DNA of 63,880 nucleotides from a virus (Duplodnaviria; Caudoviricetes): IMG/VR virus record IMGVR_UViG_3300044731_001192, positions 1 to 63,880 of that record; one strand, 5' to 3'. Shown piece by piece: positions 31,033 to 39,739 of this stretch (position 1 is its first letter; each line of letters starts with the position of its first letter). The notes under the pieces were generated by a model. It saw only the letters and a program-made list of their open reading frames with translations, ran no database searches and was not told where the DNA came from. The position numbers and the translations under genes were made by a program.

Positions 31033-32037
31033 ATGTCAGCACTTCATAGTAAAGCTACTACTATACATAGATTACATTCTTGGGAATTTGACACTATTAC
31101 AGATAGAAACGCTCTTCTAGTTAAGGTAGAAGACGTTAGTAAAAGTATTGAGTTTAAAAGATACGTTACTGAGGATTTAGAAGGTGGAATTATTAAAGAA
31201 AGAGTATCTTATAAAGCTACTTTAACTTTAAGTAATACTGTTTTAGCTGATAATGTGTCTGTTGTTATTAGTGTAAGCGATTATAATGCCTACAACGGTA
31301 ATCGTATCTTAGATAAAGTTAATAATACTACTTATATTTTAACTGTCCTTACACCACCTGCTTTAGTACCAACCACAATTACACAACTTACTTCAGAACC
31401 ACATACAATAACAACTTTCACCTTAAAATACGTAATACCGCTGACAATTGCTGACATTGGTAAAAGATGTTATCAAAAAGATACTAAAACTTTCTATGAT
31501 TTAGTTAGTTTTACAAATAATGTAGCAAAATGGAGTAGTAATAATACTTTTACACAAGAAATTGTAGAAGATTGGGATACTGTATTAGAGGCTGGAGTTT
31601 ATTATTGTCCTGCTAATTTACTTGATGCATCTGCCACACACAATCCTACTACTACTTATGATTATGTTGGTTTTGTACAAAAACTTAGTACCAATGAAGT
31701 AATTCAAACAGTTCAAACAATTGTTACTGAAAATAATATAAGTTCTATTAGAGAATATAAGAGATTTTCTTACTACGACTTGTTATACCCACAAACAATT
31801 GTCTTTTCTAATTGGCAGCAACTTAATGAAACGATTGAACATACTTTTAGTAATACTAATGAAGTAGTTATCACACATAACTTAGGTAAATACCCATTAG
31901 TAAATATTCTTAAAAAAGAAACAGTAAATAATGTCACTACTTATGAAATAATATTAGCTAACACTGTACATATAAGCGTTAATCAGGTTAAGATAAATTT
32001 TTCTACCGAGTTGACAGGGAAAATACTTTTAAATTGA
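31033..32037 (+). CDS. tail/fibre-associated structural protein
   Basis: Synteny; C-terminal THNLGKYPLV domain. Confidence 0.65.
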   Translation: MSALHSKATTIHRLHSWEFDTITDRNALLVKVEDVSKSIEFKRYVTEDLEGGIIKERVSYKATLTLSNTVLADNVSVVISVSDYNAYNGNRILDKVNNTTYILTVLTPPALVPTTITQLTSEPHTITTFTLKYVIPLTIADIGKRCYQKDTKTFYDLVSFTNNVAKWSSNNTFTQEIVEDWDTVLEAGVYYCPANLLDASATHNPTTTYDYVGFVQKLSTNEVIQTVQTIVTENNISSIREYKRFSYYDLLYPQTIVFSNWQQLNETIEHTFSNTNEVVITHNLGKYPLVNILKKETVNNVTTYEIILANTVHISVNQVKINFSTELTGKILLN

Positions 32038-32047
32038 GGAAAAAATT

Positions 32048-32755
32048 ATGAAACTATACAGTGACTTAGATATTAGTAGTAACGATTTACTAGCTATTAA
32101 AACCCTGCAACTTACACCTATTAGTGGGACTGATTACGAGTCATCTGATGACACATTGCTTAATACACCAGTCGGAACTATATATTTAGATAGTGACATT
32201 CATTTAGATGGGGATGATGTAGATAACGTACCATCTAATTTAGCTAAAATAGGACTGAAATTAAAATATAGAACGCCGCAGTATAATGATAACAATCCTG
32301 CAACTATTTATGACGGTAAATTTAATTGGTTGTCTATTTTAGGTGGTTATTTAGCTAAAGAAGGTGCTGCTACCCTTCTAAGATATAACTTAGACGGAGG
32401 TAGATTACTTAATGCTAATACTACACCTAGATTTGCTAGTGAATTAGTATGTAAAAGTTATGTCGATGGTTTAATTGGAGGTAAATTTACTTTTGATATT
32501 GTAGGAGATGGTACAAAAACAGAGTTTGCGACTCCTACTGCTCCTGCTGATGGTGCTATTATGGGACATATAAGTACTGTAACCTTATATGAAAGGTCTG
32601 GTAACGGCTTAAATGGGTCTTATTTATACACAGTAGTTTTAGCTGATATAACTATCGAAACTTCGACTATCTCAACTGGAGTAACAAACATCGTAAAAGT
32701 AAAATTTACCGTAGCCCCTGCCATTAACACACATTACGAACTTAGAGGAGCATAA
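32048..32755 (+). CDS. tail/fibre-associated structural protein
   Basis: KSYVD and GDG.KTEF motifs. Confidence 0.65.
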   Translation: MKLYSDLDISSNDLLAIKTLQLTPISGTDYESSDDTLLNTPVGTIYLDSDIHLDGDDVDNVPSNLAKIGLKLKYRTPQYNDNNPATIYDGKFNWLSILGGYLAKEGAATLLRYNLDGGRLLNANTTPRFASELVCKSYVDGLIGGKFTFDIVGDGTKTEFATPTAPADGAIMGHISTVTLYERSGNGLNGSYLYTVVLADITIETSTISTGVTNIVKVKFTVAPAINTHYELRGA

Positions 32756-32758
32756 TAT

Positions 32759-35700
32759 ATGAAAATTTTAGGTACATTGACGGTAGATACTGCTGATGCG
32801 TTAGACAAAGTAACTGATTTTAATGCTGATTTATTAGATGGTAAGAGTAGTAGTTTATTTCTTAGTAGAAATAGTGGAACAACTGGCACAGATGTTAGGT
32901 TTGCTCAGCGAAATAATGATACTACTATTACTAATGCTGATTTACAATTGCAATTAGCTAATGGGAATGATTTTGCGCTTTTTACTGCTCTAAGTACAGC
33001 TACTACGTATGCAACCACTACTAATAGTTTAACAGTAAAAAGTACAGGACTAATTGGTATTGGTAGAGCAAATCCTTTGGCAAAATTACATTTACATTTG
33101 ACTACTGCTGAACAAGGAGATGCGTTATCTCCATTTGTAATTTCAAATAGTACTGATACTGCATTATTTCAAGTTGACCATAATGGTAAAGTAAGCATAG
33201 GTAAGTCCACTATATCAGAAAGTCCTACTAATTTATTATGTTTATATCTGGCTAATGAAGCTTCTAGTGGAGGTATTACGGTAAAAAATACATATACTCC
33301 GTCTAGTGGCACTTTGACAATGGATGTCGTTACTTTAAATATGAACGGAAGTAGTGACGGTAATAATGCCTCGCTATACACCAATAAAAAATTATATATA
33401 AAAAGTGACAACGGTACAATATTTAGGAATGGTACTGGTGCAATATTTAATATAGACTCTTCTGGTCTAGTCGGTATTAATGGTTTAGCTGATACTGGTA
33501 GTCAATTAGTTGTAGGGGGAACAACTACTACTACTGGAGTTACTAGAATTGGGATTAAGTCTGCTTTAACTTATACTTCTACTACAGGTGATGCAATTAC
33601 CTCTGTAAGAGCAATACAAGCTGCTATAACTATTGGTGTAAATAATACTTCTGTTAATGCCGTTTATGGTTTGTATATAGAAGCCGCTACTGTAACGGCG
33701 GGTACTGTTATAAGCAAGTACGGTATCTACCAAGCAGGTGCAAATGATACTAACTATTTTGGTGGTGATGTTAAACTAGCTAAAACTATAGGTGTAGGTG
33801 GAGCAAGTCCTAATGCTATCTATGGGTTGTCGATAGGAGCTATAAGTGGTGGTGTTAATCTATATGGGATAACAGACCAAGAAGGTACTTATACTTTATC
33901 GGGAGCAGGCACTGAGGTAATTCCTTACCGAGCGTATTCAAATCTAGTTCTTGGAGCACATACGCTTACAAATTGGTATGGATTCAATTCTACTCTTGCT
34001 TCTAAAACTGGAGGAACTCTTACAAATGCCTATGCTTTTTATGCAAACTCACCTTCTCTGGCAACAAATAACTTCGCTTTCTATTCGAATGGAGGGGCTA
34101 AATCTGTTTTTGGAGGTAATGTTGGTATCGGAGTTACTCCCAGTACTTGGAATCAAGGAAAGGTTTTAGAAATAGGTAATTCTGGTAATGCTCTCTGGGG
34201 TAATAGTACAGCTAATCTGTACCTCACAGAAAATACTTACTATGATGGTGCTTGGAAATATGCTAGTTCATTTGGAGCTGCTACTTATCAAATGCTTCAA
34301 GGTAAACACATTTGGAGCAGTGCTGCGTCAGGTACTATGGGGAATACTATTACTTTTACACAAGCAATGACTCTAGCTTCCGATGGAAATTTAGCTGTTG
34401 GTACAACTTCCACCGCAGGGGCAAGACTAACTGTTAATACTAACGAGACTAAAGGACAAAATGCGTCAGTAGCAATTTTTGGAACATCTACAAGTGTCAA
34501 TGATTTTCAACTTTCTTTTTATAGAGAAGCAAATAATTTTTATTCTATTCAGGTAGTTGAGCAAAGCGTAGGGTATAAAACTTTAGTTTTACAACCTTCA
34601 GGTGGTAATGTCTTAATCAACACAACAACAGACAATGGGGTTGGTAAGTTGCAGGTGAATGGGGGTGTAGCAGTAACTGGAGCGATTAGTACTACTACTG
34701 GTGCTAACTTTGCTACTACTTCAGGCAATGTCGGTATTGGTACAAGTAGTCCAGCAAGTCGTTTAACTGTAAACGGAGTTACAACATTTGTAGATGGTGG
34801 AGATGCTCGTGTTGGTACTATTAGATTTGCTGGTGGTGCTTTTCAGATAATATCGTCTGCAACAGAAGTAGTCATTGATGCCCCTTCTTCTTATATTGCA
34901 TTAAGAACAGGAGCAGCAGGTACAGCCACAGAGCGGATGCGTATTGCCTCCAGCGGCAACGTCTTAATAGGTACAACAACAGACGATGGTGTTAACAAGT
35001 TACAGGTGAATGGTGGTATCGCAGCAAACGGGTTGACCATCACAGGTGCAAATGCACTTCGTGGGTCGTATGGTGGAGGCGGAGTAGGCACAAACTTTGC
35101 AGCTGGTGATGGGGCGTTGCAAAACAACACCACAGGCGGCAACAACACAGCCAGTGGGGTGAACGCACTTCACGACAACAACGCAGGCAGTAACAACACA
35201 GCCAGTGGGGTGAACGCACTCTACGACATTACTGAAGGCAATAACAACACAGCCTTTGGATGTAACACTGGTCGCGGGATTGTTACTGGCTCAGGTAATA
35301 CCATTATCGGCTCAAATGTAACTGGTTTAGCGTCTGGATTGACAAACAACATCATCATAGCTGACGGTGCAGGGAATAGGAGAATAAATGTAGGCAGTAC
35401 GGGTAATGTACTTATAGGCACAGCAACAGACGATGGCGTAAGTAAGTTGCAGGTGAATGGTAGTGTTGTTGCTAATGGTATTGTTGGTGCTAAAAATCCT
35501 CTTGCACATCATCAAACAGCTATAGGTGTTTTGCAATATACAAGTAACGTAACATCTATTCGTTCTTATGGTGCAACGTCTGGTACAGGAGCTATTTCAT
35601 TTAATACTGGTGGTGGCGGTGGCTCTGCTGATACAGAACGTGTCCGTATCGACTCCAGCGGTAACGTGGGAATTGGCACTACCACACCAACAGAAAAACT

Positions 35701-36082
35701 AGATGTAATAGGTAATGCAAAAGTAAGTGGTACTTTGTCTGTTGGTGGAGCGATTACTGCGGCTAATATTAGCAGTAGTTATCTCTGGGTGTTTACAGCG
35801 GCTGATGGTGTTCTATCGTATGCTACAAACGCTACATTAACCGCTAGTAATTACATACAGCCCCGTAGCGGTGATGGTGTCGGGACTTCATTAACTACTG
35901 CTCCAAATGTTTATAATAAAAATGTATGTGTGTATAGAAGCACTACCGTTTACACCACTCCTGGCAGCATAACTGCGTATGAACAAGTATTTCCAGATGT
36001 CGCAATCTCTATTGGAGGGGTATGTACTATAGGTTTTTTAGCTTCACAAAATGGTTATGTTTTTCGTGTAATCTTCTCATAA
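32759..36082 (+). CDS. long tail fibre with modular repeats
   Basis: NADLLDG, repeated GNVGIGT / GNVLI.TTTD.G..KLQVNG modules. Confidence 0.88.
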   Translation: MKILGTLTVDTADALDKVTDFNADLLDGKSSSLFLSRNSGTTGTDVRFAQRNNDTTITNADLQLQLANGNDFALFTALSTATTYATTTNSLTVKSTGLIGIGRANPLAKLHLHLTTAEQGDALSPFVISNSTDTALFQVDHNGKVSIGKSTISESPTNLLCLYLANEASSGGITVKNTYTPSSGTLTMDVVTLNMNGSSDGNNASLYTNKKLYIKSDNGTIFRNGTGAIFNIDSSGLVGINGLADTGSQLVVGGTTTTTGVTRIGIKSALTYTSTTGDAITSVRAIQAAITIGVNNTSVNAVYGLYIEAATVTAGTVISKYGIYQAGANDTNYFGGDVKLAKTIGVGGASPNAIYGLSIGAISGGVNLYGITDQEGTYTLSGAGTEVIPYRAYSNLVLGAHTLTNWYGFNSTLASKTGGTLTNAYAFYANSPSLATNNFAFYSNGGAKSVFGGNVGIGVTPSTWNQGKVLEIGNSGNALWGNSTANLYLTENTYYDGAWKYASSFGAATYQMLQGKHIWSSAASGTMGNTITFTQAMTLASDGNLAVGTTSTAGARLTVNTNETKGQNASVAIFGTSTSVNDFQLSFYREANNFYSIQVVEQSVGYKTLVLQPSGGNVLINTTTDNGVGKLQVNGGVAVTGAISTTTGANFATTSGNVGIGTSSPASRLTVNGVTTFVDGGDARVGTIRFAGGAFQIISSATEVVIDAPSSYIALRTGAAGTATERMRIASSGNVLIGTTTDDGVNKLQVNGGIAANGLTITGANALRGSYGGGGVGTNFAAGDGALQNNTTGGNNTASGVNALHDNNAGSNNTASGVNALYDITEGNNNTAFGCNTGRGIVTGSGNTIIGSNVTGLASGLTNNIIIADGAGNRRINVGSTGNVLIGTATDDGVSKLQVNGSVVANGIVGAKNPLAHHQTAIGVLQYTSNVTSIRSYGATSGTGAISFNTGGGGGSADTERVRIDSSGNVGIGTTTPTEKLDVIGNAKVSGTLSVGGAITAANISSSYLWVFTAADGVLSYATNATLTASNYIQPRSGDGVGTSLTTAPNVYNKNVCVYRSTTVYTTPGSITAYEQVFPDVAISIGGVCTIGFLASQNGYVFRVIFS
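34604..35460 (+). repeat. three ~59-bp near-identical module-junction repeats (34604-34662, 34955-35013, 35402-35460) and a 29-bp exact repeat (35141-35169, 35192-35220)
   Basis: Direct sequence comparison. Confidence 0.85.
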
Positions 36083-36095
36083 ACAATATAAAATT

Positions 36096-36644
36096 ATGAA
36101 AATATTAGGTACAACTTTAACTTATAACGGTGTTGATGCTACAACAACAGGGATTAATGCAAATTCACTAGCAATTAGAGATGAAAATGCTCACTTAATA
36201 GCTAGTAGGGTAAGAGTTGATGGTATAGGTGGTAGAGGCAGTACCACTATCACTTCTTATGCTAATATAAATGGTAATAGTTTTACTATCTCTGGCTTTT
36301 CCAGTGTATCTTCCGATATGCGATTAAAGTACGTGACAGGTAACTTAACAAATGCTACTGCTAAGTTATGTTTATTAACTCCATTTAAATACAAACATTC
36401 TAAGTTAGCCTTAGAAATGTACAACAACAAAGAACTTACTAACGACAATGACAGGTACGGTCTCTCAGCACAGGAATTACAGGTAGTTTTCCCCGAGGTC
36501 GTCTCAGACAAGTTTATTAAAGACGCTCATGGTAATAAATACCTTAGTGTAGCTTATTCTGAACTTATTCCTGTACTTATTCAGAGTATTAAAGAACTTA
36601 ATGAAAGAATAACTTCATTAGAAGGTGTAAATAGCAGTAAATAG
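36096..36644 (+). CDS. short fibre protein with S74 intramolecular chaperone domain
   Basis: SSDMRLK, GLSAQEL..VFPEVV, LSVAY..LIPVLIQSIKEL. Confidence 0.88.
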   Translation: MKILGTTLTYNGVDATTTGINANSLAIRDENAHLIASRVRVDGIGGRGSTTITSYANINGNSFTISGFSSVSSDMRLKYVTGNLTNATAKLCLLTPFKYKHSKLALEMYNNKELTNDNDRYGLSAQELQVVFPEVVSDKFIKDAHGNKYLSVAYSELIPVLIQSIKELNERITSLEGVNSSK

Positions 36645-36694
36645 TAGTAAAATACGTAAGAAAACTTAACTAAACAACTAACAGGACAAAAGCA

Positions 36695-37135
36695 ATGGCA
36701 AATTACAGAGAAAAAGTAGTTACAGGTTCAATGACTAAATATACAAGATGCGTTAGTGGGTCATTTCATAATGCAACTGACAAACAATATTCTTCTATTA
36801 CTTTTAATGAAGAAGAGAAAGTTACTTTACCTGATGGTACTGTAATTAATGGACAACAAAACACAAGTGTTAATGCTAACTTTGCAACACCAAAAGCTAC
36901 TTTTGATTTATTAGATAGTAATGATAAAGTAATCGGTACTGCTAGTTATAGTGATGTTTACACTATGTTGTACTCTTTGTACCGTTTTGAAGCTAAAAAA
37001 CGTGATGATTTGTTAATTGAATCACAAAAAATGCAAGAAAAACAATTGTTAGAACAAGCAGACGCTCTTAGAAAACAATTAGACGCTATTAATGCGACTA
37101 CTGCACCTGTTGTTGAACCAGTTATTGCAGGTTAA
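36695..37135 (+). CDS. fibre-associated hypothetical protein
   Basis: Last gene of the operon, AGGA RBS. Confidence 0.7.
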   Translation: MANYREKVVTGSMTKYTRCVSGSFHNATDKQYSSITFNEEEKVTLPDGTVINGQQNTSVNANFATPKATFDLLDSNDKVIGTASYSDVYTMLYSLYRFEAKKRDDLLIESQKMQEKQLLEQADALRKQLDAINATTAPVVEPVIAG

Positions 37136-37141
37136 TTAATT

Positions 37142-37168
37142 TGTGGGGCTAATAACCCCACATTTTTT
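37142..37168 (+). terminator. intrinsic terminator at convergence point
   Basis: TGTGGGG-ctaataa-CCCCACA plus T6. Confidence 0.8.
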
Positions 37169-37397
37169 ATTCAGTTATGTTTATTTGTAAGCCATTCTTT
37201 GTAAGAAAACTGTCAATTGTTTGTTTACAGAGTTCAATGGTGTCTTCGGCTATCCAATTTTTGCCGTTGTCTACTATTTGGTAATGTGTTATAGAAGCTT
37301 CCGATGGACGTACTGGTACAACACACCCTTCTTTATTTAATTTCCAGTCAGCACAAACACTTCTTACTGGCACTATCTCAAACCCTTTATATTCCAT
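37167..37397 (-). CDS. hypothetical protein
   Basis: AAGGAG RBS. Confidence 0.7.
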   Translation of the reverse strand: MEYKGFEIVPVRSVCADWKLNKEGCVVPVRPSEASITHYQIVDNGKNWIAEDTIELCKQTIDSFLTKNGLQINITE

Positions 37398-37413
37398 CGT
37401 AATTGCTCCTTAA

Positions 37414-37689
37414 CTATAAGTAATACTTCGAATATAACAATACTTCAAATATAGCAATGCCAATAAGTATAGCTATTACTGCGGCTAATGCAATTATTGT
37501 ATTGTCCTTATTACTAATTTCTTTAAGAAGGGAATCTATTGCAGTAGTTTTATCGTTAATTTCCTTAAACAAACTTGCTTGCCTACGACTAGCATCGGAA
37601 AGTCTATCAAGCAATTTAGTATTTTGCTCCAGTAATTCTGCTTTTGTTGTTCGTTTTACTGTTGTATTTACTTTTACTGTGTCGTTCAT
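37414..37689 (-). CDS. coiled-coil membrane protein
   Basis: Heptads plus C-terminal TM helix. Confidence 0.7.
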   Translation of the reverse strand: MNDTVKVNTTVKRTTKAELLEQNTKLLDRLSDASRRQASLFKEINDKTTAIDSLLKEISNKDNTIIALAAVIAILIGIAIFEVLLYSKYYL

Positions 37690-38078
37690 TTTGATAACTC
37701 CTCTGAGTCAGCCAATAACATGTAGTTGTCTATAACTTCCGTCCAACCAATCCTTGCACTTTTCTTAGCTACGCTTGTTGGTATAGAAGGGTCATCTAAA
37801 CTTGTTATAATTTGATACTTTTTTGCCCACTCTATTGTACTAATCCTAATCGCAGGCTTACATACGCCTAGATAAATATCCCCCCTCACAACCTCCTCCA
37901 GCTCCTTCCACCTCTCCCCATCCACTTCAGGCACAACATCCATCATCTCAAACACCTCCTCCTCCCCCTCTGGGTCAAGCCAATTAAATACCCCTTCCCT
38001 TTCTTTCTCCTTAAAGTAATAAGTAACCGCATACGTTACCCCATCCAATTCCACATCAACTTCATAAACATCTTTCAT
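37686..38078 (-). CDS. acidic protein fused to a compressed copy of the terminase N-terminal ATPase region
   Basis: C-terminal half matches terL in three in-frame blocks; GAGG RBS; own promoter. Confidence 0.75.
   Translation of the reverse strand: MKDVYEVDVELDGVTYAVTYYFKEKEREGVFNWLDPEGEEEVFEMMDVVPEVDGERWKELEEVVRGDIYLGVCKPAIRISTIEWAKKYQIITSLDDPSIPTSVAKKSARIGWTEVIDNYMLLADSEELSK
37710..37870. repeat. direct-repeat copy of terL 24595-24860 with 72-bp and 33-bp deletions
   Basis: 37800-37870 = 24790-24860 (4 mismatches); 37721-37801 = 24639-24719 (7 mismatches); 37716-37722 = 24601-24607. Confidence 0.95.
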
Positions 38079-38109
38079 CTCATTTTCCTCTTTTCGTTAC
38101 TGTTGGGTA

Positions 38110-38138
38110 ATTATCCCTGTAAATGTAAACCCCGTCAA
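38110..38138 (-). promoter_or_regulatory. sigma70 promoter
   Basis: TTGACG-N17-GATAAT. Confidence 0.65.
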
Positions 38139-38148
38139 CATTATTTTC

Positions 38149-38207
38149 ATTGTTTCTTATTTGTTGACAATACCTTCGGTAGTATTGTTTCTTGTTTGTT
38201 GACAATA
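38149..38207. repeat. 24-bp direct repeat, 35-bp period
   Basis: ATTGTTTCTTRTTTGTTGACAATA at 38149 and 38184. Confidence 0.85.
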
Positions 38208-38214
38208 ACCATCG

Positions 38215-39405
38215 TCAATAATAGTTCGGTAAAATCAATTCAGTAGTAAGTTCACTAACGCAATTGTATTTTTCCTTTATCTTGAAAGACTGTATGACAC
38301 TTTCAGGCATGTTTCTTGTCATTTCTTCAAAGTCTCTAAGAATCTTAGTTATTAAATACTCTCTGTTTTTAGTAAGTAATTCGTGTGTTATGTTCAGTCT
38401 CTTACTCACTGTTAGCATGTAGTGTTGGTACATGGCAGCTAATTGGTCATTCCTGAAGCTGAACCCTAATACTTCACTTACTGAGCTAATAGGGGCATTT
38501 TCTTTGTTTATTTTATTGAATTCTGTCACTATCCAGTGCCAGTAAGTGCTTTTAAAGTCTTTTGTTGCTGAGAACAATACATAGTTATTAGGAATTTCAA
38601 AAGTAATTAACGCTTTACCGATGCAACCAGACATTAAAACAACCTCCTCATGTGTTGCTACGTCCCATTTACTCGCTCTTCGTAATAAGTACGTCTTATT
38701 TTGCACCATTATGTGCTTGTTTGTTATGTAGTTTAATGTGTTTGTTATGTTGTTGTAGCTTATTCTGAGTAGTTCACGCCTGTATGTTTCGTAGGTTTCT
38801 TCAATTCCACAATATTCAGTACATAGGGCTAGTACTTTTGCATGGTCGTCACAAGAATTGTAGAAGGTTTCGCTAATTTGTCCGCATAGAATGTTAAGAA
38901 AACTTCTTCTGTAGTAGATTGTTGAGATGTTTTTACCGATTGTTATTACTTTGCCGAAATTGTCTATGTAAGTTTCGTAATTGTCGCATGTGGCTAAGGC
39001 ATCGTTTAGAAGCAACAGAGAAGCTAAATGCGTGTGTTCTTTTGTGTTGGGGTTAGGTTTGCCTACCTCTTCGTAATTCCTGCCTAAAAGCGTTATTTTC
39101 TTGCCATTTTTAGTGTAGATGAAGTTTTTGTCTAGGAATTTCTTAACACTTTTTAGGGAATCGCCTTTGAGGGAGGCTGAGGTGTGCTTACCTACAATTG
39201 GTGAAGTGTATGAATCGCCCGAAGTCGCTTGACCAACTATTGTGGGTGCTGAAGACCTCCCGAGACAAAAGTAATTAGCAAAGTCAGGGTAACTGTTAAG
39301 AGTTAAAGGGTACGTTACTGAAGTCACAGCCGCAGTTATCGGGCATGGAGGTTTAGGAAGCTTAGTTGGTGCAGGTGTTGGTACTGTTGGTGCTGAAGTA
39401 ATCAT
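38215..39405 (-). CDS. unknown 396-aa protein with Pro/Thr-rich N-terminus
   Basis: Long ORF, AGGA RBS, extended -10 TGcTATAAT at 39438-39446. Confidence 0.8.
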   Translation of the reverse strand: MITSAPTVPTPAPTKLPKPPCPITAAVTSVTYPLTLNSYPDFANYFCLGRSSAPTIVGQATSGDSYTSPIVGKHTSASLKGDSLKSVKKFLDKNFIYTKNGKKITLLGRNYEEVGKPNPNTKEHTHLASLLLLNDALATCDNYETYIDNFGKVITIGKNISTIYYRRSFLNILCGQISETFYNSCDDHAKVLALCTEYCGIEETYETYRRELLRISYNNITNTLNYITNKHIMVQNKTYLLRRASKWDVATHEEVVLMSGCIGKALITFEIPNNYVLFSATKDFKSTYWHWIVTEFNKINKENAPISSVSEVLGFSFRNDQLAAMYQHYMLTVSKRLNITHELLTKNREYLITKILRDFEEMTRNMPESVIQSFKIKEKYNCVSELTTELILPNYY

Positions 39406-39739
39406 GAAAAATCCTATAAAATAAGAAGAGAAAAGCTATTATAGCATGTAATTTATAAAAGGGTATGAAAAAGTATACACTAGGGAAAAAGGTTAAGTCG
39501 TTGAATAATAACAATAAAATAAGGAGAGTGGGTATAAACCGCCTTGTAGAAAGAAAAGAAAATAAACATATATACAAGGTACTTTATACCCATTTTTAGT
39601 GCAAAAGATAAGAAAAACAGCTTCAAGTTCTTGATTTTCCTCATGTTTAGGAAATTTGAAAATAAATTATTTTTGTATAGTTTTTCATTCCCTTTTCTTT
39701 TTCTCTTTGCGAAGCAGTAACTTACTTGGTATTTGGGTA

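Noticed and set aside
37710-37870. DGR template/variable repeat pair with terL
   Set aside because: Mismatches are not adenine-specific on either strand, there are large deletions, and no reverse transcriptase is present.
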